IMG/VR virus record: IMGVR_UViG_3300029552_000001
Strand: one strand, 5' to 3'
Source of the DNA: a virus
Length of the DNA: 64,000 nucleotides
The notes below the pieces were generated by a model, which was not told the origin of the DNA, did no database searches, and saw only the letters and a list, made by a program, of their open reading frames with translations. Each line of letters opens with the position of its first letter. The stretch's first letter is position 1. Both the position numbers and the translations under genes were made by a program. Shown in pieces: positions 62,144-64,000 of this stretch.

Positions 62144-63301
62144 ATGAATGACATGGGTGATTTCGCTAAGGGTTTTAAGACCATGAGTGTCGAGGAACTT
62201 TTTTACCGTGGTGACGGTGATGGCGATAAGAATAATATCGAGGGTAAATATGATAAGGATGGTAATCCTATAGGTGATACCAAGGAAGAGCCTGCCGACG
62301 GCGGAGCGGCTGAAGGTGGCGGGGATAAGGGCGGCGACGCTACCAACCCAGACCCGGATTCCTTTGGCGAAGGCGGTACTGATAATAATAACGTGGTATC
62401 AGGTTTTAACGGGAAATCTTTCTTGGAGAAGATGGCCGCCAGAGGTATCATCGACAGTATCGATAACCTTGATATTATGGTAGATGATAAGCCAGTCGAT
62501 CTTTCTACTATCACAAAAGAAGATGATCTACTTGATATAGTGGAGGGATTGATCAAGGATAAGGCCGATGAGTTGTTGAAGGATAAGGTTGATACCGGTT
62601 CTATGTCTGACTTCATGAAGAAGATGATAGAGGTGGATAAGGCTGGAGGTAACGTAGGTCAGCTTCTAAACCAATATCAGAACATTCAGGCGCCGTTGGA
62701 CAACCTTGATATGAGCAACAAGAATGATCAGCTTGCGGTCATCCAGCATTATTATAAGATGTTGGGTATGCCGGAAGACGAGATAAAGGATAATATGGAG
62801 ATGATGATTGGTAAGGGCGATGAGTTCATTGAGTCCAAGGCCAATAAGTTCCATGATATTCTGAAAAAGGAGATGGATAACCTTATCGAGGAGGAGAAGA
62901 AAAAATCCGAGAAAAGGAAACAGGAGTTGATTGAGCAGATGAAGATCTATAAGAAAGGTCTTAAGACATCTATAAGCTCAGGATTCCAGTTGACTGAAAC
63001 GATGATAGGTAAGGCTGTCGATTTCGTTACCAAGCCGATAGACAATCAAGGTCATACGGCTATAGATAAAGCTTATTCGGAGGCTATCAAGAATCCGGAC
63101 ATGGCCGCTGATCTGGCTTTGTTCTTGATGAATAAGGACGAGTTCCTTAAACAGAAGACTAACAAGGCTAAGATGGAGGTCAATAAGAAGACCATCACTC
63201 TTCTTTCTGGCAATAAGGGAGGAAAGCAAAATAAGAATAATATCGATAATGATACTATAGAGGCTAACTTCCTTGATCTAAGTGGATCAAAGAGTGTATA
63301 A
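62144..63301 (+). CDS. acidic protein with charged helical-looking composition; candidate scaffolding/head-assembly protein
   Basis: It lies between the portal and the putative capsid gene. It has a Gly/Asp-rich N-terminal region and a Lys/Glu-rich helical region. Confidence 0.45.
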   Translation: MNDMGDFAKGFKTMSVEELFYRGDGDGDKNNIEGKYDKDGNPIGDTKEEPADGGAAEGGGDKGGDATNPDPDSFGEGGTDNNNVVSGFNGKSFLEKMAARGIIDSIDNLDIMVDDKPVDLSTITKEDDLLDIVEGLIKDKADELLKDKVDTGSMSDFMKKMIEVDKAGGNVGQLLNQYQNIQAPLDNLDMSNKNDQLAVIQHYYKMLGMPEDEIKDNMEMMIGKGDEFIESKANKFHDILKKEMDNLIEEEKKKSEKRKQELIEQMKIYKKGLKTSISSGFQLTETMIGKAVDFVTKPIDNQGHTAIDKAYSEAIKNPDMAADLALFLMNKDEFLKQKTNKAKMEVNKKTITLLSGNKGGKQNKNNIDNDTIEANFLDLSGSKSV

Positions 63302-63320
63302 CATTAAAAGATAGATAATT

Positions 63321-64000
63321 ATGAACCCTTTTTTGACAAAAAGTTTTCCGGCTACCGTGAATGGCGATAACGTTATTGCCTTCACCGATGCCAAGAACTA
63401 TAAGACTTCGCTCGTAGAGCATAACTTAGGCTCATTGGCGAGCTGGTATTATGAGGATCCGGACAAGAATCATTTGGGTCTGTTGAATCTGTTCTCTAAT
63501 ATCGCTAATTACCCCGTTCCGATGTATATGGGTATGATTAATAACGGCGCTACGATCTCCGTTAACGGTATTGGAGCTTCTTTCCGTTATGATCTTCCCG
63601 TTACAAAGACATTCGCTGTAGTTACGGCGGAGGATACTTCGACTCATCATCTGAAACCGGGTATTGATGGAAGTTTGTTTGATATCGTTTTGAATACATC
63701 TGAGTTTACGGCTTATGATGTCATCACCTATGACGCCGCTAACGGCTGTAATATCCTTATCTCAGGTGAGATACCGTCTAAGACAGAAGGTGATTTGACA
63801 CGTTATTGGGGTCGTGTTATCGGCGGAAAGGCTAAATACTTCCCTAAAGAGAAATTACGTCCGGGTATCCGTTACTGGAAGATCGGTCATGCTCTTGGTG
63901 AGTACAGTACCCAGTTCTCTAAGGTATCTGTAGCTGACAAGGCCGGTTCTATGACTTGTGAATTCCGTTTAGGAAACCACCGTGGCGTTGAGGGTGAGAC
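63321..64000 (+). CDS. putative major capsid protein, N-terminal 226 aa (runs off the window)
   Basis: Not in the ORF track because it is open-ended. ATG 63321 gives MNPFLTKSFPATVNGDNVIAFTDAKNYK.. with no stop to position 64000. The assignment rests on synteny (TerL-portal-scaffold-MCP) only. Confidence 0.5.
   Translation, partial: MNPFLTKSFPATVNGDNVIAFTDAKNYKTSLVEHNLGSLASWYYEDPDKNHLGLLNLFSNIANYPVPMYMGMINNGATISVNGIGASFRYDLPVTKTFAVVTAEDTSTHHLKPGIDGSLFDIVLNTSEFTAYDVITYDAANGCNILISGEIPSKTEGDLTRYWGRVIGGKAKYFPKEKLRPGIRYWKIGHALGEYSTQFSKVSVADKAGSMTCEFRLGNHRGVEGE

Noticed and set aside
1-64000. Genome-wide stop-codon reassignment (TGA to Trp or TAG to Gln), as known in some gut phages.
   Set aside because: Long genes such as TerL, portal, RecA, the helicases and the primase are uninterrupted under the standard code. 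Genes end in TGA or TAG immediately followed by, or overlapping, the next start. Only iscB has an internal TGA. No suppressor tRNA was identified.

Overview
The window reads as a contiguous piece of a tailed dsDNA phage genome with crAss-like module order. That assignment is an inference from gene content and order, not from a search. Positions 1-51423 are almost entirely minus-strand. They hold a replication and recombination module: SF2 helicase, Cas4-like nuclease, two ACP-like genes, DnaB-like helicase, Toprim primase, SSB, clamp-like protein, RuvC, RecA, Pif1/RecD-like helicase and dUTPase. About 20 kb of small unknown accessory genes lies between these. Two plus-strand cassettes are embedded in this block: a GNAT toxin-antitoxin-like pair at about 19.1-19.9 kb and a four-gene DUF1566 island at about 36.3-38.6 kb. 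From 52216 on, the plus-strand packaging and head module runs through TerL, portal, a scaffold-like protein and the start of a putative major capsid protein. The main findings are: (1) a compact IscB plus upstream structured RNA inserted just before the terminase genes, with one in-frame TGA at a conserved Trp position; (2) a 242-aa intein splitting the TerL Walker A loop, with class-3-like signatures; (3) a family of GC-rich hairpin elements of about 70 bp and larger, with CCAAGGGAA/TTCCCTTGG bases, plus a 10-bp-phased CCCCTTGACT array and a CCCTTG palindrome; (4) G9-G11 homopolymer tracts in gene leaders; (5) a covarying conserved-loop hairpin 4 nt upstream of a tRNA-Arg(CCU) and of a tRNA-like minihelix. 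I found no rRNA, CRISPR array, integrase or reverse transcriptase. All calls rest on motifs I read by eye. No homology search or RNA folding software was run.
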